Positions 1-18,579 of a stretch of DNA of 64,000 nucleotides are shown piece by piece. The stretch spans positions 1 through 64,000 of the forward strand of contig JAMDHS010000029.1 of assembly GCA_029717555.1 (NCBI GenBank), read 5' to 3'. Position 1 is the first letter of the stretch. Each line of letters opens with the position of its first letter. Both the position numbers and the translations under genes were made by a program. This stretch comes from Peribolospora baueri (lineage: Eukaryota). The notes beneath the pieces were generated by a model, which saw only the letters and a program-made list of their open reading frames with translations, had not been told where the DNA came from and did not search any database.

Positions 1-210
1 ACGTCCTGGAGCAGGCCAGAGCAAGTGACAAGTAAACACTCAGACGATACCCCTGGGAAGACGATATCCCTGGGTGATGACAAGCCAAGGACGATCTTCC
101 TGCGTTCTTGCAAAGAATTAGGATGCTTTCACTGGAAATGACTACTTTCTTAAATAAGGTTTTTTATTCATGGAAATGGAATTGGAATAAGACGTTTGGG
201 CTGTTCTTTT

Positions 211-1982
211 TCACTCGAGCGACAGCACCACCTTTCCGAAGTTCCGCCCGGTGAAGAGCGACTCGAAGGCTGCGAGATGTGGGGAGAGGGGGAGCAAGGA
301 AAATGCCCGACGTTGAGCAACGATCCACTCCTGTCCAGGCGCCGGAGAGAGCGACACTCACCCTCGCCGCTGTTCTCGATGCCCTTGAACTCGTGCACCT
401 TGGCCTTGATTTCCCCGTCAGCGATCCACTTGGGTACACTCTCCGAGAACTCGGTCATGTACTTGGGCAACAGCTCGAGGACGATAAATCCTTTGTAGGT
501 GAGCTTTCTGGAGACGACGTCCCCGTAGTTGCGGATGGGCGCCGGCTCGTCGTTATAGACCGAGATGGCGCCGCAGCCCTATCAAGAGAGTGGTAGAGTC
601 GAGCGGTGGCGGTGAGCGAGATCGTAACACGATTCTTTCTAAGAAGGTCACGATGAACCAACTCACCGCAATGATACCGTGATCAGCGGCGTTGGGGAAG
701 TAGGCGTCCAGCTGGCCACCACCGACGTTGTCCCACATGTATTCTGGAAGAGAGGAAGCAATGCTGTCAACATGCGTGCTTCTAAACTTGGGAGCCTGAC
801 GGGAACCGAGCCCTCCTCCGCCGAAAGGTACAGGCCAGCTCAACTCACCGATCCCGTCGTCTCCGGCGAACTTGGCAAGTTCCTCGTTAATATCAACCTT
901 CTTGTAGTTTACGGCCCTCTCGACGCCGAGCTCCTTCGTCAGGTACTCCACCTTGGCGTCGTCGCCCGCCGAGGCGAACACTTTGACGCCGGCACGCTTG
1001 GCCAGCTGGCAGACCATCTGTCCGACCGCCCCCGCGGCGGCGTTGACGTAGATTTTCGCTCCAGACTTGAGCTGGCCCATGCACTCGCGCAAGCCCTACG
1101 AGTGAGAGGGTGAATGGAGAAGTCTCATAAGCTCGGCACCGCGGCAGTCGGTGACCGTTGGTCAGATGGCAGAGCGCGGGACGGATGCTCACCATGAATG
1201 CCGTCTGGCCCGGCATACCTACACGCACGTGTATGCATGGACGAAACGTGTCAGATCTTTGGACTGACCTGCCTGATCACCACCGCATAGCTCACCAACT
1301 GGACCAACGAAATAGCTGAGAGGCACTAGAGTATTGCGTCCCGAATGGATCAGACGTGAGCCGGAACAGAGGTAACCAAAAGAAAAAAAGGGCTGCTTAC
1401 AGTTGTACTTATTGTCCAAAGGAGACAGCCTGCCGAGCTGCGATCCAGGGATGACGGCGTAGTTGGACAGGGCTGCTCAACATCATGGGTACAGGGAGGA
1501 GCATTCGACACACGACGGAAAAAGTTCAGATGGACACGCCAGGCGCTCATCGAAGAGGTGAAAGCGACCCGACTCACGGAAGTAGCCATAGACCAGCGAG
1601 CCCACGGGGAACTTGTCCGTCTCTGACCGCACCACTTCACCAACGCCGTAGTTGTCCAGCGGCTGGCCCATCGGGAACGGATCGACATACGACTTTCCGC
1701 CGGCGCGCATGCGGCCGCGCATGTAAGGGTCGATGGAGAACACCTTGAGCTTGGCAAGAATGCCACCGTTGAGCGCCACCTTGTCGGTGTCAAGCTGCTC
1801 CTCTTCCAGCTTGTAGTCCTTGCCCCATTTCGGCAGGCTGTACGAACGGCGGGCGGAGCGCGAGGAAGGGGACGATATTCAGCCGGACTGTGGCTTCGCC
1901 GCTCCGTCCCTTCAAGCGAGGTTTATCACACTCACCCGTGCGGCACGGCGCTGAAAATGACCTTTTTGTTCACGACCGGCAT
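211..1982 (-). CDS. NADP-dependent alkenal/double-bond reductase, MDR superfamily (PTGR1-like); multi-exon
   Basis: Spliced product starts MPVVNKKVIFSAVPHG and contains SIDPYMRGRMR, GMPGQTA, the nucleotide-binding motif VNAAAGAVGQMVCQLAK and WDNVGG. It ends LFTGRNFGKVVLSLE*. Exons are bounded by GT-AG introns. Confidence 0.88.
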
Positions 1983-2939
1983 AATGACTTGTGCTTTGAA
2001 AGGAACGCAATGCTCAAAGGAACAAGACAAATTGTCAGATCACAAAGAGCCGAGCAGGGACGACCTTTCTCCTTGCCTATTTATCCCGATGCTTTCCACA
2101 GGAAGCAAGTGTGGCTTAATCATCCTCCCTCCCTCGCGGAAGCCGTCGTCAGCGTGGACCTCCACCTCCACCACTAGGCGTTCTTAACGACACTTAGAGC
2201 GGGCTTAAAACCTGTTGTCTATACTTAGCCGGTGTGGAAGAATCTCATATTGCTGAGACATGAGTTCCGGAGAGAGAAGGTGTAGAAGGCGGCTTTAACG
2301 GAGTCCGATGGAGGAATGCTTGGTGATCGGTAGAAGACGGGTGCCGATTTACCGGTAGCCGGAGCGACGGTCGGTGCCTTGTCGTGATCGACAGGTGCAG
2401 CGGCCTAAGTCTTATTAATATGTTTGGGCCTGCATGTCCCGCTTAACTAAAGCGCAAGTGGGAAGGACCGGCGGCTGGGCCAGAATTTACTTTGCGACTT
2501 TCGTGTCCCCCAGGCTAACTGACGGTGCCAAGGACAAGAGACACTTGCTGTTAAAAAATGACGTGCTCCCCGCGTCGATGGAACTTACGTATGTTACAAC
2601 CAGCAGGATGCTCTTTGCCTCTCTAATGACACCAGCGCACGACTGTGGACCTCAAAAGACAGAGTGGCGACATGCGCTCTATGGACGCGTACAAAGAAGG
2701 CTTCTCTAGTGGTCAAACGCGAGCATGGGCCTCAGGAGTGCCGCAGCACGTAGGGTTATGACCGCTTCGAGATTTCGGCTCGGAGTCGACGAGATCGGTT
2801 TGGAAGTCTTCTTGAGCAGCCATCGCCGTCGCCATCATCGGTCGTCGTCGCTCCTTTGTAGCATTCACCGATTTGCTCCCAGACTGCGTCTACAACGTCA
2901 GTCTTCTGCTTGGCTGTCCGTCGCGGTGGCACCGGCACG

Positions 2940-8555
<5,616 letters not shown>

Positions 8556-8699
8556 GCTCGGCTGTCCCCCTTGCTCTGCATATTTCTCACGAGTGGGAGC
8601 TTGATCTCCTCCGCATCCGCCCTTTTTCGCACTTTACACATGTACTTTTACCGCATTGGATCTGAGTGAATGATGGTGATGATGTTCATGGACATGGTT

Positions 8700-8800
8700 C
8701 AAACTTTGCCGCCGGCGACAGACGCGCCGTCGCCCTCTCCGCCTTCCGCAAACTGCGCGTAAAGTGGGTCAGCCGCGCGCGCAAACGAGCGCGTTTCGTT
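8700..8800 (+). promoter_or_regulatory. CGCG-rich cluster of MCB-like sites upstream of RAD18
   Basis: ACGCGC, GCGCGTAAA, CGCGCGCGCAAA and GCGCGTTT lie within about 100 bp, 170-250 bp upstream of the RAD18 ATG. They resemble MBF sites (ACGCGT core). Function is inferred. Confidence 0.35.
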
Positions 8801-8965
8801 TCCTCCAACTCGTCCCGATCGCTTATTACATGCTCCTCCTCTCGAACCACCATCCGTAGCTTAAAATCCTCTTGGATATTGTCTCTGCTTTATGCCGTCC
8901 TTTGTCTGATCTCTTCCGCCCCTCTCTGCGAACCCCCATCGGTCCGGTCCACCTTGTCGCACGAT

Positions 8966-11221
8966 ATGGACCTCTCCGCCCTCGCCGCCTTCGGGGACGC
9001 CTCCGACCCCACTGACTGGCCCGACACGTACCTTCCCGTGCGCCAGCTGGACGCCGCCTTGCGCTGCGAGATATGTCAGGTGCGCCTTTATTCTTCTTGA
9101 GCCCTTCCCAAACTTCCGCTTGACCGTTCCTTCCGCGCTTTTGCCTTCATCTGACTTCCCTCCCCTGACTCGTCATGAAGGAGATCTACTCCAATCCACG
9201 GCTCGGCAACGCACCAACAATGATCCGAGAATGTCAGCACGTCTTCTGCGGTGTGTGCGTTCGACAGGCCATCGCCGACAAGGGGGAGTGTCCGAAATGC
9301 AGGAGCAAGGCGGTGCAAAAGTTATTACCGCTTCCCATGTTGGAAACCGCTGCCAAGGCTTTCTATGACGCGAGGTGAGTATGAGACCGGGCGGCCCGTT
9401 CGCGCGGCGCCGTTGATCTGCGCACCTCCCCTGGCGTATTTCTTTCCTGCTGTTTACTTCATTTACTTGCCTTTTCCAGAGGACAACTGCTCCGGCTTGT
9501 CCTCGATGCTGAACAGCGTCGACTGCGTGGGCCTACCCCTCCGCCTTCTTCTTCACCCACACCTTCCGACTCCGGAAGCCTCCGACCGAGGGGCCAGAAA
9601 AGAAAAGCTTCAGTGTCTCCAGGGCAGAGAGTACATGACTCGGAATCTACGTCCGGGGAGAGCTCTCGCATGCGTCTCCGATCCACCACTCGCAACAGGG
9701 ACAGTGCACGCTCCGAATCACCCGCGACGGGGATGACGACCCGCTCCGCTTCCCGGCAAGCGGACAACCTTATTTTTGTGATTGATGATGACACGAACGA
9801 TGGCGACTATGTGCCTGGGTCACCGGGAAGGGACGCACCGGCGCGTGGCAAGGCGAAGGCGCGGACGAGAGAGTCGAGCGCAGCAGGGAACGTGGCGAAC
9901 GGGAGCTCAGGGACGATGGCGAGCGACCAGGACCGTGAGTTGAAAAGGTGGTTTGTCCCACGGCCGGGCGCGTCCCTGTCCCGCTAAGGCTTGGCTGAAA
10001 TCTGTCTTTGCGCCCGTTCTTTCCAGCAAACGTCCTAGTCACCTGCTTCATCTGCAATAAGCAAAAGAAGAACAGGGACATGGACGCCCACATCACCCGT
10101 TGCATGAACGGGCAACCGGATCCCCCGTCTCCCCGACCTGCTGGGAGGGACGGCGGAGGGACGAGTGACTTGAAGGGCTGGTTCGGGTCGTCAGGGATGA
10201 AGCGACCTGGTGGGCAGCAGGGCCAAACGTGAGTGCGACAACATCGAAGGCTCCCTTTGGCAACTCTTTCTGACCTAGCCGACTGGCCTTTCGGTGGTCT
10301 CTTTATAGCAGCACGTTACAGCCGAAGATAGTCAGTCACACCCCGTATCCACAGTACAACCTGTTGTCTAGCAAAGCTCTGAAAAAGATGCTCGTCGTAA
10401 GTAACCGCAACTCACTTTCAGCTCGTGTCTTGCCACAGTTCTGTATCCTAACGCCTGGTCTTGCCGATATGCGACTACCCACCCAGGATGCTGGACTGTC
10501 CACCTCAGGGACCGAAGCCCAGTGGCGCGACCGCCATCGGCATTGGCTGATGCTCAACAATGCCAACATGGAGAGGCAACATCCGGAATCGGAGCACGAA
10601 CTCCGGCGGCGACAGCGGTTATGGGAGAAGGAGCAGGCAGCGCCGAAGAAGGCAACCTATAACATCGATCCGAGGGCGCATCAGGTGAGGCGTGTTTACT
10701 CGGCGTTGGGCCCTATGTCCGCCTCGATGTTTCCGACTGCTAATTGGGGTTGTGGGGCTCCCGGATCACGACAGGCGAAGTATATGGACCAGTTTAAAGA
10801 TATGATCGATAGGGCGCGCTCTTCGAGCAAGAAGGCCAAAGACTTCGCCGATGCGCCGGACGAACCCTGCCCGTCTAGTTCAGCAACGGTGACAGCGGCA
10901 GTCGCCGGCGATCCTGAGAGGGACGTGGTCGTGACGCCCAGTGTCGGTCCACCTCGTGCTACATCCCTCGGTGGCGAATTTTCAGGCACAACAACGACGT
11001 CAGCGGCCGAGATGAGCGCGCGACATCCACCGGAAAACACGCAATGGCCGGTCGCAGAGGACGGCGTCGAGGACGACGGCATCCCTCCCTCTGGTCACAA
11101 TTACAAAGAGACTTATGCGTCGGGGGCCGTGGAGATTGGTGGACATGCGGACGAGAAGGAGAAGGAAAAGGCTGGTTTGTTTGTTGAAAGGGAACCCGAT
11201 GGGGACGCCCGAAGACGATAG
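8966..11221 (+). CDS. RAD18: RAD18-like E3 ubiquitin ligase (RING + UBZ zinc finger + SAP-like region)
   Basis: C3HC4 RING (LRCEIC...CQHVFCGVC...CPKC) preceded by 'DPTDW...LDAALRC'. UBZ-like CFIC...HITRC. SAP-like YNLLSSKALKKML..AGLSTSG..RH..W..L.NAN segment. Acidic disordered tail. Confidence 0.85.
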
Positions 11222-11596
11222 CGTGGCGTTGGAGAAATGGTCGTTGGGTGTCTCTTCTTCGTCTTGGCAGGACGCCCGATGATGGCGGACGGGTCGTGAT
11301 GATGTCGAGCGCTCGAGGCGTGCTCATCATGTTGACACTGAGGCTATCGCTTGCGAAGGACGAATGACATAACAACTTTAGAGACACGAGCACGCTAGAA
11401 GCGCGGAGGGTTGCGAAAAGGACAGACGGGTTTAATTCATCTCGGACACGTACGCGTCTGCCCCGTAGGCGGGATAATGAGCGACGACGACGGCGACGGC
11501 GATGACAAACGGCGAGATGACGATGGCAGTCGGTGAACAAAGTGCCGTCTCTTCGCTCTCCCTTCATCCTCACGCTCCTTATCGACCACGACGAAG

Positions 11597-12719
11597 ATGG
11601 TCTACGACAAAGACGACTTCCACCACATAACCCCGCGCACTCGCACCGCCCTCGGCGTCAAGCCCGGTTCGGTGTATCATGAAACGACGCCGAGGTGGGT
11701 GAGGGCCTTCCTCAAGGACACGTCGGGCGCAGCTCCCAAAACGCCTGGAGAGAGGGTCGAGCCCGTGGTGGACAGCAGGCACGCCAGGATCTGCTGGGAG
11801 AACTTGACGGGTGAGTGATCCCTTCGCCAGTCCTCCGTTCTCGTCCCCGTCACTCCCTCACGCTGCTCATCATCCTCCTTCGACGACTTCTAGAGCCAGG
11901 AAGCATTCCCGTCTACGCTTTTCCGCCCAACGACGTCGACATCTCGCTGTTGCGCCCCGTGAAGGGGAAGCGCGCCCCCTCCTCTCTCCCTCACAGGTTC
12001 GGCCACGGCCAGCTCTCGGCGAAGACGGGAGGGGTGTTCTACGACCTCGTCTACGCGGATCCGTCGACGGGGAAGCAAGTGGAGATCCGCGACGCCGCTT
12101 GGACGTACGGACGGGAGACGCCGGGCGTGGGTGACGGACTGGTGGGCGGCGACGTAACCCAGGACGGGGCGCACGTCGTGTTCGCCGCGTCGGCGCTCGA
12201 CTGGTACGAGGAAGAGGAGGCCGTCCTCGGGCACATTCGAGACCACTACCATACCGTGACCACTATCCCGTCGAGCAGGCACGTACGCTTCCTCAAGCAC
12301 GGCCATGTCGTCGCCGATAGCAAGAGGCCCATCGCCGTGTTCGAGCTGGGGTTCACCACGAGGTATTACGTGCCTTGGGAGGACGTGAACAAGGACCTAC
12401 TGGTTAGCGAGATGCCGAACTCTGTAAAGACCGTTTGCCCGTACAAAGTGAGTCGCTCGCTCGTCCCACTGCCCTCAGCGGCCGTTTCGACGAGCGCTTG
12501 TTGTCTAACATGTCGTCTCCACCCCTCACCATCCAGGGCGTCGCCTCCTACTGGACCCTACGCATCCCGCCCTCGGACGACGCTTCCTCGCCGTCGAACG
12601 AAGAAACCTACGATACCCTGCTCTGGTCCTATACAGACCCTCTACCTCAGTGTGCCATGATCAAAGGCCTGGTTTCTTTCTACAGCGAAAAGATGGACGT
12701 CTTCGTTGACGGGCACTAG
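11597..12719 (+). CDS. DUF427 tandem-domain protein; 2 introns
   Basis: Two copies of the DUF427 pattern: PRWVRA..VVDSRHA..WE..AAWTY and RHVRF..VVADSKR..FE..TRYYVP..TVCPYKGVASYW..WSY.DP..IKGLVSFY.E. Confidence 0.8.
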
Positions 12720-13066
12720 TCTTGGCGCCGACATCGGTCGCATGTACCTAACTATCCGGAAAGGAGAAAAGGAACATAAGCGTCCTACCCTACCCTACCC
12801 TATCTATCTATCTGTCTATCTATTTATCTATCTATCCCTCGAGCATGATGGGGTTCGTCGCCATCATCGCCGCCTGTTGACGGTCGCCTCGTCGGTCCGC
12901 CAGCGCCTGCGAGTGGGCGTGCGCCGCTTCCGGCCGGCCGTCGCCGGTGTCGATCACCGTCCGTCCCTTCGCCTCTCTCGCCTTCCCCCTCACTCCACTT
13001 TCCCTCTCCCTTCACCTCACCGTCGCCGAGTGCAAGGCGCTCTGGCGACTTGCACAACTTCACACC

Positions 13067-15988
13067 ATGAGACACTTCAATCTCGTCGCCGCCGCCGTCT
13101 TGGCCATGGCCTGTTTCGTCCGCTCCGGCTGGGCCCTCGAGCTCACCGAAGCCACTTTCGACGGTACCACCAAGAAGGGGCTCTGGTGAGTTCCGGCCTT
13201 TGGCCTTTGGTCAACCCGTTCGCTGCTCTCGGAGAGCGAATCGGTCAGGACGTTCGAGGCCTCTCAATGGTGGCCTTGCTTGCTCGCAGCTGACTCGCTT
13301 CACCTCGCATTCAACCAACGTTACGCACAGGTTGATCGAGCACTATTCGCCCAAGTGCAAGCGTGAGTGTGGCCCTCATCGTTACAGGCCATGGGCCCTT
13401 GCGTGCAGCAGGACAGCTTTGACGTCGACTTCCCGACGTCTGCCTCTCTTTTTCCGTCACTCACGCCCATTCTGAACTCTCGACGCAGACTGCCGAGCGT
13501 TCGCCCCGACGTGGGCGGAGCTGGTGGAGGCGAAGGGGCCTTTGGCCGATTCGTCCGACTTCCACATGGCGCAGGTGAACTGTCTCGCTCAGATGGGTGA
13601 GTGCTTTGGGTTCCAGGACGGAGATGTCGGGAGGGGATGAAGGGTTGTAGCCGCACAGGTAAGGCCTTCGGAGGCTCTTTTAGAGCAGAGCTGACCGACC
13701 AACTATCTCGCCTGATAGACCTCTGCCTCGAACATGACGTCGACCGGTTTCCCAGAATCGATCTGTGAGTAGCTGTCATTTGCCCCCTTTGTTTGAAAGC
13801 ACAGGCCAAGCGGCTTCCTCATTCTTATCACGTCATCGCCTCTGCGACTCCTCAGCTATCGGGACGGTGAAAAGGTCGACACGTTCGACGACGACCGGAC
13901 GTTCGACCTTTTGTCCAAGTACATCGATGACCACGTCAGGGAGTACAGTACGAAACACAAGGCCACCATTCACCCGGACGCGAATGGCAAGCACATTGAC
14001 GACGACGGCGACCGCCGTCCGACACATGATCCTGCGGCAGGCATCAAGACCCCCAACCTCCGACCCGTCGGCTTGCCTTCCATCCCCTCCCCTCCTCCCT
14101 CCTCTACCACTGCGGCCAAGGCGCAGCCTAAAGCTGAGCAACACGGCATCTTACTCTCCTCGCCCAATCCTTACGGCAAGCTCATCTCTTACGGCGTGGA
14201 CGGATGGACGGGGACTAAGTTCGACAAACTCATTCGCGGTGGTGCCAAGGCCAACGCCGCTGGGCCATCATTCGTCAAGTACTTCGCCCCGTGGTGGGTT
14301 GAGCATTTCAGGCTTGCTCCCCGCTGGCGGGCTTTGATCCTGACATATGCTCTCCGGAACACCATTCCCGATTGAAATAGGTGTCCTCATTGCAGACATC
14401 TTGCCCCAGGTGAGTGGCGAATCGGCCCACGTATCCCCCTCCCTCACGTGAAGGTTGACTTTTTCCGGCTCTCGCTCTCCGAACAGTGTGGCTGGAGCTC
14501 GCTTCCGCCCTAAAAGGCCACGTCAACGTTGTAGAGGTCGATTGCGAGGCGAACCGACAGCCATGCAACGCCGCAAAGGTTCAAAGCTTTCCCACGCTTA
14601 TATTGTGAGTCTCGATCTTACGCACGCGCCCCTCGTCCAGGTTGCTTTTTGGACCATTTCGTTGAGCGTTACTTTGCTCACTTCTTGCCATTCCTAGCTA
14701 TAATGACGGTGAGAAGGTCGAGTACACCGGCTCGCGGTCGCTGGCAGCCATGAAGGCTTTCGCCCTGAAAGCTTCTGCCGCACATCAAGGCATAAGCGAG
14801 GTGTCTCCCGCACAGTTGGAAACCATTTCCCGAAGGGAAGAGGTGTTTTTCCTTTACGTCCACTCGCACACCACGCCCATCCTCGAGCAGGGCGTGGTCG
14901 AGGAAGCTGCAAAGTCGTTGGCCACGACACCAGTGCATATCTACAAGACGACGGACCCTGCCCTCCTCCACCGCTTCTCCGCTTACGTCGACGCAACCTC
15001 AGGCTCCGCTCTGCTCGCTTTCAAAGATCACTACATCGGCTCGCCAACCCGCGCGGTCCATCCCTCTGTTGTGCTGTCTGACCCAGCCATGGTCCGCATC
15101 GGTCCCGCGGGCGCTTTGGCATCCTGGTTGGCTGAAACCCGTCTGCCTACGCTCGTCGAGGTCACCGCTTCCACCTTCTCCGAGGTGGTGTATCCCGATC
15201 GGCCCAACCTCGTCGTCCTGGCCGCATTGAGCGACTCGCATCACGTCCAGGGCGCCTTGGAGCGGACGCGCGAGGCAGAGGTCAAGTCGCTGCGAACCAT
15301 CGCCAAACAGTGGCCCGCTGGCAAGCGCGTCAGGGACAAGCCCGTCGTGTTCGCTTGGATGGATGCAGACAGGTTTGCCAGGTTTATCAAGAGCTCGTAC
15401 GACATCAAGGAGTCGTCGCTGCCCGCGATCGTCGTCGTCGACGGAGCTGTGAGTTGTCGCCGTGATCGCTCCGGTCTGTACAACTTTGCCTTGCTGACGC
15501 GCGGACCTTCGTGCTTCTCGTGCTTCTCGTTCGCAGCGCATGGAGTACTACCCCATCGAAAGCTCGCATTCAAAGACTTCTCGTCCGTACTTTGCCTCCG
15601 CCGACGACATCTTTTCCACGCTTGAAGCCATCAATCGCAAGCTTGTGCGGCCCAAGAGCTCGCAGAACTTTGTTCAGCGAGGGGCGCAGCACGTACACGA
15701 CTTTTTGGAGTCGCTGGAGGTGAGTTGAGTTGGACGGATGTCAGCACCCGATCTCGCTTACGTGGACGGCGTCTCAAAAGCTCACCCGTCCTCGTTCCGC
15801 GTCGACAGGATATGGCGAAGAGACATCCCTTCCTTGCCGCTATTGGCTTCATCATCGTGGCCGTCTGGATCGTCCTCATCCTCAAACGATTGATCGCAGA
15901 GGACAAGCGGCAGCTCCATGCGGGCGCAGAAAAGTACTATACAGTCGGGTCCAACGTGCCGAGGGATGGCTACCCCAAGGCGGACTGA
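13067..15988 (+). CDS. ER membrane protein-disulfide isomerase, Eps1/TMX-like (two CxxC thioredoxin domains, C-terminal TM helix)
   Basis: Signal peptide MRHFNLVAAAVLAMACFVRSGWA. Spliced motifs EHYSPKCKHCRAFAPTW and FVKYFAPWCPHCRHLAP. TM segment FLAAIGFIIVAVWIVLIL. Ends GYPKAD*. Confidence 0.82.
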
Positions 15989-16450
15989 CGGAATCGATGG
16001 CTTACTTTTTTCCTGACGTAGGGCTTCTGTATGTTATAGTATATTCGAGGGATTTTCTCTGCGATCGGCGCATTTCTTATTTAACTCTGCCACGTCGGCA
16101 CATCTTGCTGGACTGGTCGCCCGGAAGAACCTTACGGTGCCTTGTACCGCGTGAGAAGACAAAGTCGGGGACGACATCTTTCGACTCGGCGCGGCTTGCA
16201 AAGAGAGGCCCGTGCGCGTGCGCTGAAGTCGGTTTCTCGCGAAAGGGTGGTAGGAGATAGGAGCATCTTGAGCTGTATTGTATGGGCTGCAATCAAGGCC
16301 GCGATTTCCCGTTGAAGTCGTCGACGGCGACGGCGGAGAAGGAACGCGATCGGGACCCGTACATATATGCGCCATACATAGCCTCCGCCCTTCCTTCTGC
16401 TCGTCACCACTCACCACGTCCACTACCTCCGCTCTTCCTTTTACACGCCC

Positions 16451-17765
16451 ATGTCAGCCTTCCCCTGGCCATCCCCGTGTCTGCTCGCCCGGGCGGCGAC
16501 GCCGGCGGCGCCTGTTCGTGTTCTTCGAATTCCGTCTGCCCTCGTCCGCTCCGCTCGGTCGTTCACCTCTGCAGCCGGTCCGGCCGGAGGAGAGAAGGTG
16601 CGGGCGACGAGGAAGAGAGGGCCGGTGCGAGATTTGCCCAAGGTAAAGGTGTGTTTTTTTCGCTGTCAGCGGGTTCGCCCGTTTGGCGCCCTCGCTTGCG
16701 TCTCGAGTCCACGAGGGTGAAAAAAATTGAAAGAGCTGACGGTTGCGTTCTTCTATTGCGCCGCTCGCTCCTTGCCTTGCATTGCCTTGCTTTGCTTTGC
16801 TTTTCCCACCCGTCGCAGAGCCGGACACCGCTCTTCCTCGGCGCCGCTCTCACGGCGCTGACCTGCTGGGGCGCCTTTGCAGCGTACGCGACGAACAAGG
16901 AACGCCTCGCGAGCTCCGTATTCGCGTCCGCCAGCATGCAACTCCGCCATTCGCCAGAAGTGCAAAGAGAACTCGGCGAACCTGTTCTTCTGGACATTGG
17001 GCTGCTCGGTGATCCTTGGGTTTCTGGGCTGGTGAGATGGGAAACGATTTCTTGAGCTTGGGGTCGGCGCTGCCCTGTTTCGGTTCAATTTATAACACTT
17101 TTTTCGTACCTTGGACTCCTTCGCTTCTTGCCAACGACGCTCCCCGTGCCTAGATCAACCTCATGCAGGGCAAGGTGGACATCTCCTTCGATCTCAAAGG
17201 CCCGAAAGGTGAGCGATCCGCTCGCCCTCGCCTTCGCTCTTTCCTTCCCTTGGCGAGGAAGCCACCACGGGAGAAGGCACGCACCAGAGACGATCCGCTT
17301 CCCGTCCGGGGAGAAAACGACAGAGCGGACCACATCCGTGTGACCCACAACCGGCTCCTTCAGAAACTCACCACCCACGGGCCGTCTACATTTTCTCTTC
17401 TCCCCTCCCGCCTTTCTCCTCCTCCTTCTTCTTCCCTCGTCTCTCCCATCAAATCCCAGGCACTGGCAAAGCCTACTTCACGTCCATCAGAAGGGACAAG
17501 CAATCGGAGTGGGAGATCAGTGCGTCGCGTTTTTTTTTTCTTTCTTCTTCTTTGTCGTGTCCACTTTCTCATCATACATCTTCGCTCATCCTCGTCCTCC
17601 TCCGTACCGTACCCTCCTCCTCCAACGAACCAACCAACGACAGTCCGATTCAAGGTGATCACCGACGCCGGAAAGGAGGTCTCGCTGCTAGACAGCCTCG
17701 GGCCCCTCTCGCTCGACGAGTCGGGCGACGTCGTGTCCGCCGCCGCGAGCGCCCCGGGAGCGTAG
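16451..17765 (+). CDS. COA1: Cytochrome c oxidase assembly factor 1 (Coa1 family); 4 introns
   Basis: Arg-rich presequence, then RDLP, a single TM helix (LTCWGAFAAYATNKERLASSV), DPWVSG, INLMQGKVDISFDLKGPKGTGKAYFTSIR and RFKVITDAG. Confidence 0.8.
17280..17378 (-). pseudogene. Isolated WD40-repeat fragment (fungal NACHT-WD/HNWD type), antisense within COA1 intron 3
   Basis: Translates GGEFLKEPVVGHTDVVRSVVFSPDGKRIVSG, a close match to the EPL.GH...V.SV.FSPDG.RIVSG repeat consensus. No second repeat or NACHT domain is nearby. Confidence 0.6.
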
Positions 17766-18579
17766 CGTCTGCGTCTTCTGACTGGACGGCGTGATGCGCG
17801 GACGTGGGCGAAACAAAGATCGCTCTGCTCTGGACAAGCGGAAGGTCGGGATCACACGCGGGCATGCCGCATGCATACGTGCGCGCCGTGCCATGGGTGG
17901 AAGGGATATGCGCGCCAAACATGGGTCTGCCTGCAATTACTTTGATGCTGTACCGCTAACGAAAATGGGAGGGATGCGCTGAGCTGGGGTTTATTGGGAG
18001 GAGGGTCACACAGCCAGAGACAGACAGAGTCAAGGTCGGATCCAGAGCCAGAGCCAGGGCCGAGAAGGGAGTGGGTCTAGGCGGTGCAAGGCAGGAAACA
18101 GGGAGAAGGACAGGGAGGAGGAGGACGATGGCGACGATGATGATGACGACGATTGATAATGATACAGGGGCAGAGCGGACAGTAGAGGAAGAAAGACTGC
18201 AACGGCGACGACAAGACGATAGGAAGAAGGACCGGCCCTAGCGAAGAAAGACGAAAGACAAAAGGTCATGGAGAAGGAAAGCAAAGAGAAGGGGGCGGGG
18301 GGGGGACGCTTGGCATGGACTAGAACTCGAGACCATGAACCAAAAGTCTGGCCAGGCGGTCCATCGCTTTTAGATAAGAAGAATAAAAAAAAAGATCTAT
18401 TAATATGACCGGCGGGACGGGTCCAAAGAGGCGAGAGGGCCGGACTTTGTCGGGCGCATGTGGTGGACGGACGGGGTATGAGGATGGGACGGTTGGAAAG
18501 ACGGAAGTGCGAGCGAGCGAGCTGGCTGCGAGGGCCAGCCAGGCAAAGCGGAGCCCAACCGAATCGAACCAGACAGGAA

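Noticed and set aside
1..80. Possible 3' end of an upstream plus-strand gene (...VLEQARASDK*, stop at 33-35) and a short duplicated AGACGATA.CCCTGGG
   Set aside because: Too little sequence to support a call.
2395..2455. Imperfect hairpin around TATTAATA between the MDR gene and RPC1
   Set aside because: The stem is short and imperfect with no RNA-family features, so it may be chance.
12784..12835. CCCTA repeats considered as an interstitial telomere
   Set aside because: The units are CCCTA/CTAT microsatellites, not tandem CCCTAA.
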